From the NCBI GenBank assembly GCA_951406725.2, contig OX597820.1, positions 24,800,001 through 24,864,000 of the forward strand: a stretch of DNA of 64,000 nucleotides, written 5' to 3'. This stretch comes from Octopus vulgaris. Taxonomy: Eukaryota. The position numbers were made by a program, and so were the translations under genes. The notes under the pieces are model-generated. The model was not told the DNA's origin, ran no database searches, and was given only the letters and a program-made list of their open reading frames with translations. Positions within the stretch are counted from its first letter, which is position 1. The number at the start of each line of letters is the position of its first letter. Positions 1 through 11,757 of the stretch are shown here, piece after piece.

Positions 1-117
1 TAGATCAAGATAAATTATTTGGTTTACCCCTCCTTTCTCCCTGAGTGTAAAGACGAATATTGGTAGAAAATTCCTGACCCTCCTAGATAAACACTTTCTT
101 GAAGCGCATATATAAGG

Positions 118-317
118 AGTCAAGACTATTGAAAAGGTTGCAAGATGCAACGAAAATTTTAGGAAAATAAAAATAAGAAATAAGTAGAAATTTTACCGGT
201 GAGTGTGTTACATTATAAGGCACAAAAAGAAAATAACTCTTCCCAGACACAACAGAATATGCTCCAACACACGAACTCACATAAAGAATCTGGCAAACCA
301 AATCCCAAAACGAAATT
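118..317 (+). mobile_element. Fragment of a non-autonomous repeat, same family as 60494-60953
   Basis: gagtcaagactattgaaaaggttgcaag...caaaccaaatcc closely matches the copies at 60494-60953. Confidence 0.7.
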
Positions 318-650
318 TAACAGAAATTCTGTTAAATTATCATATAGCTGCTGCCCGAGCATAAAAAGTATTACCACCTGCAATAACTAACAAGAAACTG
401 AACCAGATTGCAATTATCGCTACGTGGAATCCTGTTCGCTGGACCAGTAGTGTATGACGAAGTCCAGAGGTCTCGGCAACCCTTAATAGCAGTGACACAA
501 CCAATAAAAGAACATACATCGGATTATGTGAAGGAACTTTTAAAAAACGTTACGCCAACCACATGGCATCGTTCCACCACAGTGAGAAAAGCAAAACCAT
601 AATACTGACGAGCCACATTTGGGTCGTGAAAGTGGACCATATGTGATCAG
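312..650 (+). mobile_element. Decayed Penelope-like element: RT C-terminal linker and GIY-YIG endonuclease fragment
   Basis: KFNRNSVKLSYSCCPSIKSI matches the PLE motif FNRNTVKxSYSCxPN. It is followed by a Cys linker and RTYIGLCEGTFKKRYANHMASF (YIG..F..RY..H), with stops and frameshifts. Confidence 0.75.
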
Positions 651-887
651 ATGAAGAATAATAGAAAGGTCTAAAACATACGTGAATGGATCTAATAGAC
701 ATATACTTTAATTGGCTGAAAGGGTGCAGGTTTTATTTACATTCGAGATTCCGAACTCGATATTGAACTCGAGGTTGTAGATTTTTAATGGATGTATGGT
801 GCAGTTAACTCTGCCAGTCACCTTATATCATTGCGCATGCGTTAACCGAAGTCCCTTGCAAACACGTATTATTTTGAATTAAAAAAA

Positions 888-1217
888 GGCGCGTGGCTTA
901 GAGGTTAGGGTATTCGGCTCACGACTGCCAGGTTATGGGTTCAATTTCCGGCGACACCTTGTGTCCTTGAGCAAGACACTTTATTTCACGTTGCTGCAGT
1001 CGACTCAGCTGACAAATAATGAGTAGTTCCTGTATTTCAAAGGACCAATCTTGTCACATTCCGTGTTATGCTCAATCTCCCTGAGAACGGCGATTAAGGT
1101 ACACATGTTTGTGGAGTACTCAGCCACTTACAGGTTAATTTCACAAGCAAGCTGTTCCACTGTTCCGTTCATCAGAACAACTGGAACATTGGACGTCGTA
1201 AGAGACGGAGTGCCAGT
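888..1217 (+). mobile_element. tRNA-derived SINE (CORE-like)
   Basis: A-box-like ggcgcgtggcttagaggttaggg, B-box-like ggttcaattt, and gtgtccttgagcaagacactt. Related copies at 37297, 37902, 44120 and 20300(-). Confidence 0.75.
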
Positions 1218-1269
<52 letters not shown>

Positions 1270-1844
1270 AGAGTATGTGTGTCTGCATGTATATATACAT
1301 TAATGTATGTATAAATACACACACAGGTATTACTTTGTTTTTTTATTTAGTTTTTTTTGTATTTTTTGTTTTTTTGTATTTAGCAAAATTTTATTGCCAC
1401 AAGATTTATATATATGCTTACATACATACATAAATGTGTGCGTGTGTGTGTGTTCGCACGCGCGCGCACGTAGTATGAGTAATTAAAAATGCTGAAATAA
1501 AATGAAAAGCTATAAAAACCTCATTGTAGGCTAAACAAGACATTAAACACAATCTCTATTGTTGAAAGAGAAAATCCTGACAGACTGATCTTTAAAGGAG
1601 AAGAATTTGATTTCCTCCCCGAATCAATAACATTGACCAGCTGCTTATAAGACAATCATAAATTAGGCTAGCACCGTGGTAAGTGATATAATTTCCATAT
1701 TGACATTTTGATGGCTTGTCATTAAGTAATGTATGCAGAGAACAGTATAAATTAGAAGAACTCGAATTTAAACACTATAAAATGTTGCAATGGATTAAAC
1801 AAGAATATAAACATATTGTATGCTACATTTGATTGGAAAGAAGA

Positions 1845-2440
1845 GGTGGTGCGGATCACTTGACGGCTGTATCACAACTTATTGACTGTTGTGTACGTCA
1901 AGATGTTAAGTCGTGCGTCAAAACGTCAAGACGCTCGTAGCTTCAATAAACAGCAACTACCAACCACCGGATTATAGGTCAGTTGGAAGGGCCACTCTTG
2001 CGGTTCAAAGGCAAAAAGAAAGACAACTTGAAGCGATGCAACATTTCCTTTTCTTCCCTGGAAAACAAAGCATCAGAACGCAGGATCTTGCGGCCGGATG
2101 TCCTGCTTTTCCTCAGTTCAACGATTTGAGCAATGTCGACTCCAGCATTGGGACTAACTTCGTGCAAGCATGAAGGCAAGCTGGTAAAACCCTTCCCGTA
2201 AATGGAGACCTTCCTCTTTTATGACACGAAACAAAGCAGGCCTTGCAGTCCACTCTCAAGAAACCACATAGTTAATGATCCACAGGCACTCGAGCAAACT
2301 GACTCCTCAACTTGTTCCATTTGCCAAAAGGTTTGCAAGGCAGCAGCAGGACCCAAAAAACACATTTGTGTCCATAGAATATGATTACTGTTCCATCCTA
2401 CTGCGTCGTCATTTGTTGTTCACGACGAGAGAATCCATCA
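1845..2440 (+). mobile_element. RTE-clade LINE 3' fragment (decayed)
   Basis: Frameshifted GRPLLRFK..KDNLKRCNI-like motif and a C-terminal CSICQKVC...H...H zinc finger. Confidence 0.6.
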
Positions 2441-2522
2441 TATATATAAATGTAACCGCGTGTGTACAGTTCGCGAATTATTTTTCACCGTCTTCCCTTC
2501 TCTTGATTTTTCCTTTTCCTAT

Positions 2523-2557
2523 GTTTCTGGCGAAGAGCTCCGCTCGAAACGTAAGAC
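2523..2557 (+). ncRNA. Minimal hammerhead-like motif (ACGT-helix-III family, A6G core variant)
   Basis: gttt-CTGGCGA-A-GAGC(tcc)GCTC-GAAA-CG-TA-agac, inside a ~200-bp repeat abutting (TA)n. Confidence 0.5.
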
Positions 2558-2694
2558 CCTCCTTCTTCCTTTCCTTCCTGAGCGTCCAATAATACTATAT
2601 TTGTTCCACGTCCTCGCGTTGTTGTGTTTTCTCTTTGTGTTTTCATGTTTGGATTAACTATATATATATATATATAAAATATATATATATATAC

Positions 2695-2772
<78 letters not shown>

Positions 2773-3258
2773 ATATATATACATATATATTCTTTCTTTC
2801 TTGGTCTAGCCGTTGTCCGTGCAACATTGATATTCCTCTCTGTGTTTGTGAAATCTTGTATCCCTGCTGTATGGCTTCATTTCCACATACGCCAGCTTAA
2901 TTTATTTCGTCTTTAGTCGAAAGACACCTGTTGTTATGTCCTGTTATTATTTTTATTGTATTTTATTTTATTTGTGTAACATTGTCCGTTTTTTCCGTCC
3001 TTGTTTTTGCATACATTCGCTGCTTTCTTCCAAGGAATCTAATGCTCTTAGATTAGTTTTTGCTTGGGCCTGGCCAGATTGGAGCAATCTCAAGTATAAT
3101 CAGCCGAAATTGCGAAGATAATCTGGTACTTGACTGACGAAAGAAAACTTCGAATGACCCGTCATTGTTTTCTTTGTATCGTCTATCTGGATGTTTTGTC
3201 GTCCCATTTTGTATTTTTATATATGTGTGTGTGTGTGTACATACACACACGCGCGTGT

Positions 3259-3299
<41 letters not shown>

Positions 3300-3300
3300 C

Positions 3301-3357
<57 letters not shown>

Positions 3358-3358
3358 T

Positions 3359-3391
<33 letters not shown>

Positions 3392-3473
3392 CAGATATAG
3401 AAAGATAGATAGATATAAAAATAAATAAATAGCTAGATACATATATATATATATACATACAATCATATGTATA

Positions 3474-3517
<44 letters not shown>

Positions 3518-3540
3518 TATATATTGTGAGTGCGTGTTTT

Positions 3541-3615
<75 letters not shown>

Positions 3616-4689
3616 ATCAAATGTCTGTTTATGCTCATATCACAATGTATGTATTTGTAAGCCTGATTAAGGCTAACTGTATTAGAAATGATAAATCGTT
3701 AAACCAACTATGAATACAAATTAGACAGATCTATCTCTGTATACCTCGATGTTATTTATTGAGGTCAGGTGTTAATCAGAAGTTATTTAACTTCCATTTT
3801 GACTCTTTCACTATGTTTTTTTTTTTTTTGTATTATCCTGATTGTTTAAGCTTTATCTCATTTGAGATATAACCTAGAGGGATATGTTTTTGTAAAGTTA
3901 TTCATAGATTTGTAAGTTCTGTAATTTAGATGTGCAACAATTTTGTGAACTATCTACGCTTTTTAAGACAACATCTCGGAGATGTAATTGCCAGACAAGT
4001 GATTTGATCTGAGAGCGTGTTTTGGAATTGAAGCGTTTGCAGCCTGGAAGATTCATATTAGCCATTCAAAGCACACAAAGACTGTTAGCTTCACTTAAAG
4101 TTTATTATTAAATGTCAAAATTTTCGTCACAGAAACTGCAACCTGCTTTGAATTGTGGCGAGATGATTATCTCCCTTGTAATAGCCTTGACCAATAGAGA
4201 GACGACGTGTGAATATAAGATCGGTTATATCGCTTTCTTGGGCTGAAATGTATATAAATAAATAAAAATTATCTGAATATGATTTCAGGAGTCCTGGTGG
4301 AATCGATATCAGACAGAAATCTTTTGAAAGTTTGCATATTTTTCCATTGCAGCTGTTTTTCAGATATGGATACAATTAGACAAATGCAATATACGAAGAG
4401 AAAAAATGCTCCCAAATTACAAACGAAAATAAATAATTCAAAGGAAATAACAGAAAATTTTCTGGAAAATAGTAGCAAAGGAAACATTAGCATAAAACCG
4501 AAAATAACGGCAGATTTTCAAAGAAATGCACGTTAAAAAGTGAAAGGGAGAGGGAAAGGTAGAAAAAAGAAGGAAACGGAGAGAGGGAGGTGAAATAAAT
4601 AAGTGAAAGAAACATTAGCAGAAGTTACTGCAGAAGTTACTCAGAGGTTTTGCAAGCTTTTCTAAATCCATTGTAATGCTGGAAATCTT

Positions 4690-5015
4690 TCCGCGTCGTC
4701 AGCCGATATCTCAAAGTCATAAGTGTTTCACCATTTAGCCTGTAAGCTTTAGCTGACTGGGGGCAGTGAGGACGGAGCTAGTCTTCACCTACGGAAGGGT
4801 TTCACTTGCGGTCTCTTATCAACCATAGGCAGTTTGAGCAACTTTCAGCTACGAACTTAATTCCTTGATTGCTTCAAGTTGTCTAGGTTCCAGATCTATC
4901 TTCTGCAAGAAATAGTGCACTGATCTAGATGGAAAGCCGTGGAAGCCGACTTCAATGGAGAATGGGGTCGCATGCCAGCCCTTGACAAAAGCTTCATCGA
5001 CTAAGTCCTGAAACA
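4690..5015 (-). mobile_element. Hero-type (RLE) non-LTR retrotransposon 3' fragment
   Basis: FQDLVDEA..KGW.A..FSIEVGFHGFP matches the KYQxLV...IEVGCRGF motif of restriction-like endonuclease LINEs. Confidence 0.7.
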
Positions 5016-5440
5016 TTAATATGATAAATAAATATGGAATCAAATTAATAAATACAAAGAAAATGTATTGGCTTTTTAAAACTCTTATTGCTTAATAGAG
5101 GACTGTCCTAATATGTGTTACTGCTGCTGCTGCTGCTGCTACTACTGCCACTACTTCTGCTGCCGTTGTTGTTGTTATTGTTATTTAGCCACTGGTCAGT
5201 ATCGATTGAGGGGACATACGAACAAAGGCTTTCTAACCTTGACCACCAACACGTCTCTTTATATACCCGAGAGTACACTATGCAATATGCACTTTTTTCT
5301 TAATACAGTAAAACATATTACTGAGATGTTCTTGCATAGCAAGTGATCTGATGTGAGATCGTGTGCTGAACGAAAACAATTGCTGCGTGGAAGGTGTTTA
5401 TAAGCCATTTAAGAAACACACACAAACCGCAGCACGGAAT

Positions 5441-5491
5441 TTTGTCAGTGAACAGGTCGCAGTCTCAAAGCAACGAAAATATTTTGACAAA
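5441..5491 (+). ncRNA. Minimal hammerhead with swapped G3-C8 core, copy B
   Basis: tttgtca-GTGAACA-G-GTCGC(9 nt)GCAAC-GAAA-ATAT-TT-tgacaaa. 7-bp helix I, one mismatch in helix II. Confidence 0.6.
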
Positions 5492-6113
5492 TTAAATGTT
5501 GAGATAAAACGTAATTTGAGGTTTAATTGTTTTTTTCAAGCAAATCCTGTTTCCACATTGACTTTTGTTTTTAGTAGAAGGTGATATGAAGATTTGATGT
5601 TCATGCGTTTTGCATTGGCAATAATATGTTCAAACACAAATCGTCGTTGTTGTTGTTGTTTCTGCTATTATCGCTTCTTATTATTTGGTCTCGGATCAAC
5701 CCAGATCGCTCGTTTACTAGGTCACATGATCTGCTAAACATAGCAGCTAAATCAGCTTCAAATCATGCCCAATCGACATTAAAAAGATTATTTCCTGAAC
5801 AGAAACACGTATCAACTTTTTTGGACAAGTGTTTCTTATATCGAGACACCAAGCCTGGTTTATTCTCTAATGGAATCTCGATTCTAGAGAAGCCTAGATT
5901 CTGGGGGTTATTTTCCTTTCTCGTATAGTGCTGGTCTTAATTGCCATTCCGCAAATAGGAACACGTCCTCTTGAAGAACAAAGAATTTATGTCGTATGAT
6001 ACATAATATACCTATGCCACTTATTGTTATTTTTCTTAACTTATTTATTAAGTTATTATATGTTGTGAGTGAGAGTGTGTTTATATGTGTATGTGTATAT
6101 ACATACATATGTG

Positions 6114-6147
<34 letters not shown>

Positions 6148-6404
6148 TGTATGTATGTATGTATGTATGTATGTATGTATGTATGTATGGCATTATTCAG
6201 TTTTATTTCAAGATTTCTTGCCAATAGAGAAAGAGCCGGTATCCAACCTAGATCCAAGGGTCCTTCATTGGAACTTCAATCGACATTAAAAAGATTATTT
6301 CCTGAACAGAAACACGTATCAACTTTTGTGGACAAGTGTTTCTTATATCGACACACCAAGCCTGGTTTATACACATACACAGTGTATGTATATATATATA
6401 TATT

Positions 6405-6600
6405 CTGCCGGGGTCTCTTTCCATTCACAAGTTCCTCGTATAGTATCTGCTTGGGGATCCAACCATTCTTCGTTCTAATAAGTTGTCCAGTCCAACGTAA
6501 CCGATGCTTGTGCACCATTGCCTCAATAATCAAGATATCAGCTGTCCTCAGGTCCTGTGTGTCTGTAATTTTTTGAAGCTTTGTCCGCATTGTTTGCAGT
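6405..6600 (-). mobile_element. RTE-clade LINE fragment
   Basis: HRLRWTGQLIR...IPKQILYEEL..GKRPR is the typical RTE post-RT motif. Confidence 0.8.
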
Positions 6601-6842
6601 CGTGTATGCTTGTCAAGAGCAGAGTTCATTAGCCAGGAATGGAGCCGCAAATGTAAAATATAAGTTAGTCCTAGAGCGCACAATGTTCCTGAAGGTCAGC
6701 AATGGTCTTCCTCGGTCACGAATGGACGGCCGTCATATATATATATATATATTCATATAAAGTTAATCCAAACAAGAAAACAAAAACAACAACGCAAGGA
6801 CGTGGAACAAATAAAGTATTATTGGACGCTCAGGAAAGGAGG

Positions 6843-6877
6843 GTTTGACGTTTCGAGCGGAGCTCTTCGTCGGAAAC
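6843..6877 (-). ncRNA. Minimal hammerhead-like motif (ACGT family, U4C variant, GUC site)
   Basis: Minus strand reads gttt-CCGACGA-A-GAGC(tcc)GCTC-GAAA-CG-TC-aaac. Confidence 0.55.
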
Positions 6878-7504
6878 ATAGAAGGAAAGATCCTGAGAAT
6901 GGAAGACAGGGGAAAAAAATCGCTAGTGATACAGACGAGGTCACATTATAAACCCATATATACCTATGGTTGCGTTTTTGCAACGTAAAACCTGCCTCTG
7001 TTTGTTTGGATACGAACTTGCCGGGAAGCATCTGATAGAGCATGCGACAAGTTCAGTATTTAGTCGACACCCGTAGCTAACAGTTGCATAGTTCTTCTCT
7101 TCTAGATTGTGAAAGCTTACCATAACGTTTAATTTAAATGTAGTAAAAAATTTTATGGGAAGATATTGGTTAAATTAGAAGTAGCTCTCTAATAATGTAA
7201 AAACCACCGATGTCATATACTTAATGTATGTATTTTGTTTATGTGCTTATCCCGCAGACAATAAGCTCATAAACAAAACGCATAAACAAAATTAAGTACG
7301 AGACATTGCTTAAATGTTCGTCAAATCGTCTTTACAAGCCTTGCAACGGCAAGCGGTAGTTGAACATAGGAAGCAGAGCACTGAAAAACCACGTGGCACT
7401 GCATCAGATACGCTAAATATTCTGATTGTCCACTTCCGGGAATTTACAGACGCACACGCATGGATGAACACATGCAAAAACATATGCAAACACACCTATA
7501 CACA

Positions 7505-8720
7505 CTAACAGCCACAGAGGCCATCAAGTACAGAGATTCCAATAACACAAAAGTAGCAGGAGCCGGCATTGGAATTTGCACGTGTAAGAAGTGGAGTGCT
7601 GTCAGCGAGTTGCAGGTAGTAGAGGAACGGTTGGGGCAGAGGGCTCTGTTTGGAATTGTAATCATAGGGCGATCAGGCCTGGGCTACTTCCCAGCCTTCC
7701 AGATTGGAAGCGCTAAAGGGAAAGAGCGACAGTATCTACTCCAAGTACGCGTAGAAATAGCATGCGTTAGCTGGATGATGGGACAAGGAGCCTGGACAAG
7801 GTGGGCCTATATACAGCGGCGGAACATTACCTATATCTGATATTTGGTGGATTTACATCCAGCATATCAGATTTCTGGTCTAGGGTGTTGACGACCCTTT
7901 AACAAGTCCAACAAACCTTCATATATGAGGCAAGAGTAAAACGACGTCCTGTCCATTATGGATCGAAAGTGTTCCTTCAACGTTACACCAGCTGCCTCAG
8001 AGTTTTAGCCGATGGTCACTACTGTTGGTGACATAACCAGGTGCTTAGGGCGATTGCGGAGGTGATATCGATAGGTATTCGATCCAGTAAGTACCATCCC
8101 AAGAAGGAGGTGATCCCTTTTCTATGAGCCGAAAAGAAGACCAGTCCACTTAAACTTCAACGACTACCATAGCTACTTTCCATAGCCCCTCAACGGCAGA
8201 TTACATCGTACCAGCAACACTCCGCCCACACATAGTGATCTTCTCAAATTACACCAAACAGGTGATCGTGTGGGAACTGATTTACCCTAAGAACTGACTG
8301 TACAATGAGATGACTCATGAGAAGAAGCTTGCCAAATACCAAGAGCTGGTAGAATACTGCAGAAATCGAAGAAGGCCTGCATATTGCGAGGTAACTGAGG
8401 TGGGCTGTCGAGCTTTTGTGGAGCGTTCGTTCTGCAGGGCATTGACTGGACTTGGAATTACTGGAGGAGAGCTATAAATTTCATCAGTGAAGCTGCAGAG
8501 ACGGCTTTGGATATAGAAGGCAGACCAGACGTTTGGTGCTGTTGTGATGGCAACATGGGGCTTGAGCAACTCCAGCTGAATCTACAGGGTGATGGGGGTC
8601 TGATGCTGAAAGATCCAAAACTACCTAAGTGAAACCTGGGAAACATCACTGACAGTACGTCTCGGAGTATCCGCGCAATATCTCCTAAAAATCAATCAAT
8701 AAATCAATCAATCTATCCAT

Positions 8721-8725
<5 letters not shown>
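7505..8725 (+). mobile_element. Hero-type (RLE) non-LTR retrotransposon, 3' portion, decayed
   Basis: KKWSA..EL...EERL, GRSGLG, QGAWTRW, then LRPHIVIFS...KQVIVWEL, HEKKLAKYQELVEYCR and VTEVGCRAF. Ends in an (AATC)n/(ATCT)n tail. Confidence 0.85.
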
Positions 8726-8793
<68 letters not shown>

Positions 8794-8886
8794 CGTATGT
8801 CTGTCTGTCTGTTTCTTTATCTTTCCATCTCACTCTCTCTCTCTTTCTGTATATATGTATATATGTGTGTGTGTGAGTGTGTGTGA

Positions 8887-8935
<49 letters not shown>

Positions 8936-8953
8936 CGTAATACATATGAACTT

Positions 8954-9150
8954 GATAAATGGATAGATTGATTGATTTATTGATTGATTTTTAGGAGATA
9001 TTGCGCGGATACTCCGAGACGTACTGTCAGTGATGTTTCCCAGGTTTCACTTAGGTAGTTTTGGATCTTTCAGCATCAGACCCCCATCACCCTGTAGATT
9101 CAGCTGGAGTTGCTCAAGCCCCATGTTGCCATCACAACAGCACCAAACGT
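8954..9150 (-). repeat. 197-bp inverted copy of 8529-8725
   Basis: Direct reverse-complement match, no mismatch seen by eye, flanked by (TA)n tracts. Confidence 0.95.
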
Positions 9151-9171
9151 AATACATACATGGATGCATAC

Positions 9172-9245
<74 letters not shown>

Positions 9246-9270
9246 TGATACTGATTAGAAGATCGAAAAT

Positions 9271-9313
9271 CCACCTGAAGATTGTCGGAGCAGACATGAA
9301 ACATTTGTAGTGG
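9271..9313 (+). ncRNA. Minimal type-I hammerhead ribozyme motif
   Basis: ccac-CTGAAGA-T-TGTC(ggagca)GACA-T-GAAA-CATTTG-TA-gtgg. Canonical core with a GUA site. Confidence 0.8.
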
Positions 9314-9397
9314 CGGTTTATTTAATTTATATTAAAATTTTATGTATTGATTAAGTCTTTCCTTGTTTGGTTTTAAAATAGTGGTTTTGTCTCGAAT

Positions 9398-9472
<75 letters not shown>

Positions 9473-9581
9473 TAATGCACAGCACGACACGTCAGTTTGG
9501 ATTATGTCTTATTTTATCTTACTGTTTATATATATATATATGCAATTGTAATTGTAATTCACGTGTAATTTGTATTTGCAG

Positions 9582-9732
9582 ATCAAATGAACTTGATGTA
9601 TTTATACACGACACATATCTCCTAAAATTTGCCATTTCTCGGCTTGATGATAATTGCGCAATTTCCTTTGCTGGAGATAGCTTCGGTGAAGATGGGTATG
9701 CGTTCGGTCTGAAGAAGGGCTCAAAATTAATG
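9582..9732 (+). CDS. NMDA-type ionotropic glutamate receptor subunit (GluN3-like), internal exon encoding part of the S2 ligand-binding lobe
   Basis: Acceptor tttgcag| and donor ATG|gtaagc. Translation SNELDVFIHDTYLLKFAISRLDDNCAISFAGDSFGEDGYAFGLKKGSKLM resembles the iGluR S2 pattern (AFIxDxxxLxY...C....G..F...GYGIGL..GS). Phase-2 start, phase-0 end. Confidence 0.88.
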
Positions 9733-9753
9733 GTAAGCCTTCTTTTTTTAATA

Positions 9754-10136
9754 CAAGGTGGTCGCTAGAAAAGCAGAAATTTTGAAGCATTAATAAACTG
9801 TGTAATAGGAGGTTTCTGATTCGTTGTTTTTGTTATCGATTACTGTGTCTAGTGCTTGTTATTAGCAGATATACAGAAATATCGATGCTGTCATTCATGA
9901 ATTAAAAACGTGCTTGATAAAAGCTTGGAATGTCATCCCTCAGGTTACACTTCAAAATGTCACACGAGCTTGGATTTCTCGATTAAAACGCTCTCAGGAA
10001 GTGCACGGCAGACATTTTGAATATTTGTGAGTGGTGATATATCACGCTTTGTGACACTTATTGTTTACCTCAAATAGATCTTATGAAAATATAAATCAGC
10101 ATTTCACGAATTTTCGTCTTTTCTAGCGACCACCCT
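9754..10136 (+). mobile_element. Tc1/mariner internally deleted derivative (MITE)
   Basis: TIRs caaggtggtcgctagaaaag / cttttctagcgaccaccct with a left TA. Internal ELKTCLIKAWNVIPQ..LQNVTRAWISRLKR...HGRHFEYL* is a Tc1-type transposase C-terminus. Confidence 0.8.
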
Positions 10137-10153
10137 CTCTCTCTCTCTTTCTT

Positions 10154-10210
<57 letters not shown>

Positions 10211-10215
<5 letters not shown>

Positions 10216-10865
10216 TTTATATATAGAGGGCATTATACATACATGCCAGAGGGCATTATACATACATGCCACACGCTAAGAGGGACAATTAGTCATTTCT
10301 ACCAAAAATTTTTCTCTTATGAGGTTTTCACGCTATCTACCTGACAATTTCTTGTTAAGTTTTCCTTATTAAGTAGTTGTCCTTAATTGCTAAATTTTTA
10401 TTCCGAAAAAACTTTTCCTTTCCCGAAATGCAATTCGTAAAAGTCCGCCATTTACCGGATGTAATATATGTAAACTCACCCATGTGCTTCGTTGATGTTG
10501 ATCAGTTAGCTGATCGGCTTAAGCGAGGCAGGGTCGTTTATGTATGATACATCCAGGCCTGCTGATGAATACGTAAGTATGAAATCACTGTGATACAGGT
10601 CTATATTTTTTAAATGTCTTACTTTGAAAAATTGCATTCGGTGGGATTAGTAATATTTTTGGTAGAAATGACTAATTGTCCCTCTTAGCGTGTGGCATGT
10701 ATGTATAATACCCTCTGGCATGTATGTATAATGCCCTCTATATATAAATTAATATGTTCAATAAGAAATAATTATTTTCGAAATTTTTTCTCTTATGAGG
10801 TTTTCACGCTATCTACCTGACAATTTCTTGTTAAGTTTTCCTTATTAAGTAGTTGTCCTTAATTG

Positions 10866-10868
<3 letters not shown>
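10211..10868 (+). mobile_element. Hammerhead-bearing mini-element with inverted and partial-tandem terminal repeats (PLE pLTR-like)
   Basis: Inverted arms 10211-10309 and 10655-10753, direct repeats 10306-10392 and 10781-10868, (TA)n on both sides. Confidence 0.75.
10555..10602 (+). ncRNA. Minimal type-I hammerhead ribozyme motif
   Basis: aggcctg-CTGATGA-ATAC(gtaa)GTAT-GAAA-TCAC(t)GTGA-TA-caggtct. 7-bp helix I, GNRA loop II, AUA site. Confidence 0.85.
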
Positions 10869-10911
<43 letters not shown>

Positions 10912-11009
10912 CAACAATTGTAAAATTAATTAATTATTAATCAATTTCACCAAGTGTTCAGTATGCAAAGGGACCATTTAATTCAAATTATTACATTATA
11001 TAAAAGGGC

Positions 11010-11619
<610 letters not shown>

Positions 11620-11757
11620 CGGAGATGTACTCGCACAGCAAGTAATTTGATCTGAGATCGTGTGCTGAAACGAAAACAATTGCAGCGTGGAAGGTGTTTA
11701 TAAGCCATTTAAGAAACACACAAAAGCCGTTCGATTCACTTCAACATTTAAGTTTAA

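Noticed and set aside
888-960. tRNA-like sequences here and at other SINE heads
   Set aside because: They are SINE A/B-box heads without a complete cloverleaf, not tRNA genes.
3130-3170. CTGACGA-aagaaaacttc-GAAT-gacccgtc hammerhead-like string, also at ~15620-15652(-)
   Set aside because: GAAA and helix I/III are not satisfied in either copy. At most a relic.
4279-4536. 85-aa ORF with a nearby ttgcag acceptor as a possible upstream receptor exon
   Set aside because: No iGluR similarity and no suitable donor. A-rich, low-complexity sequence.
10226-10270. Short tandem 22-bp repeat that might suggest a CRISPR-like array
   Set aside because: Only two adjacent copies with no spacers, in a eukaryotic context. 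It is part of the mini-element arm.
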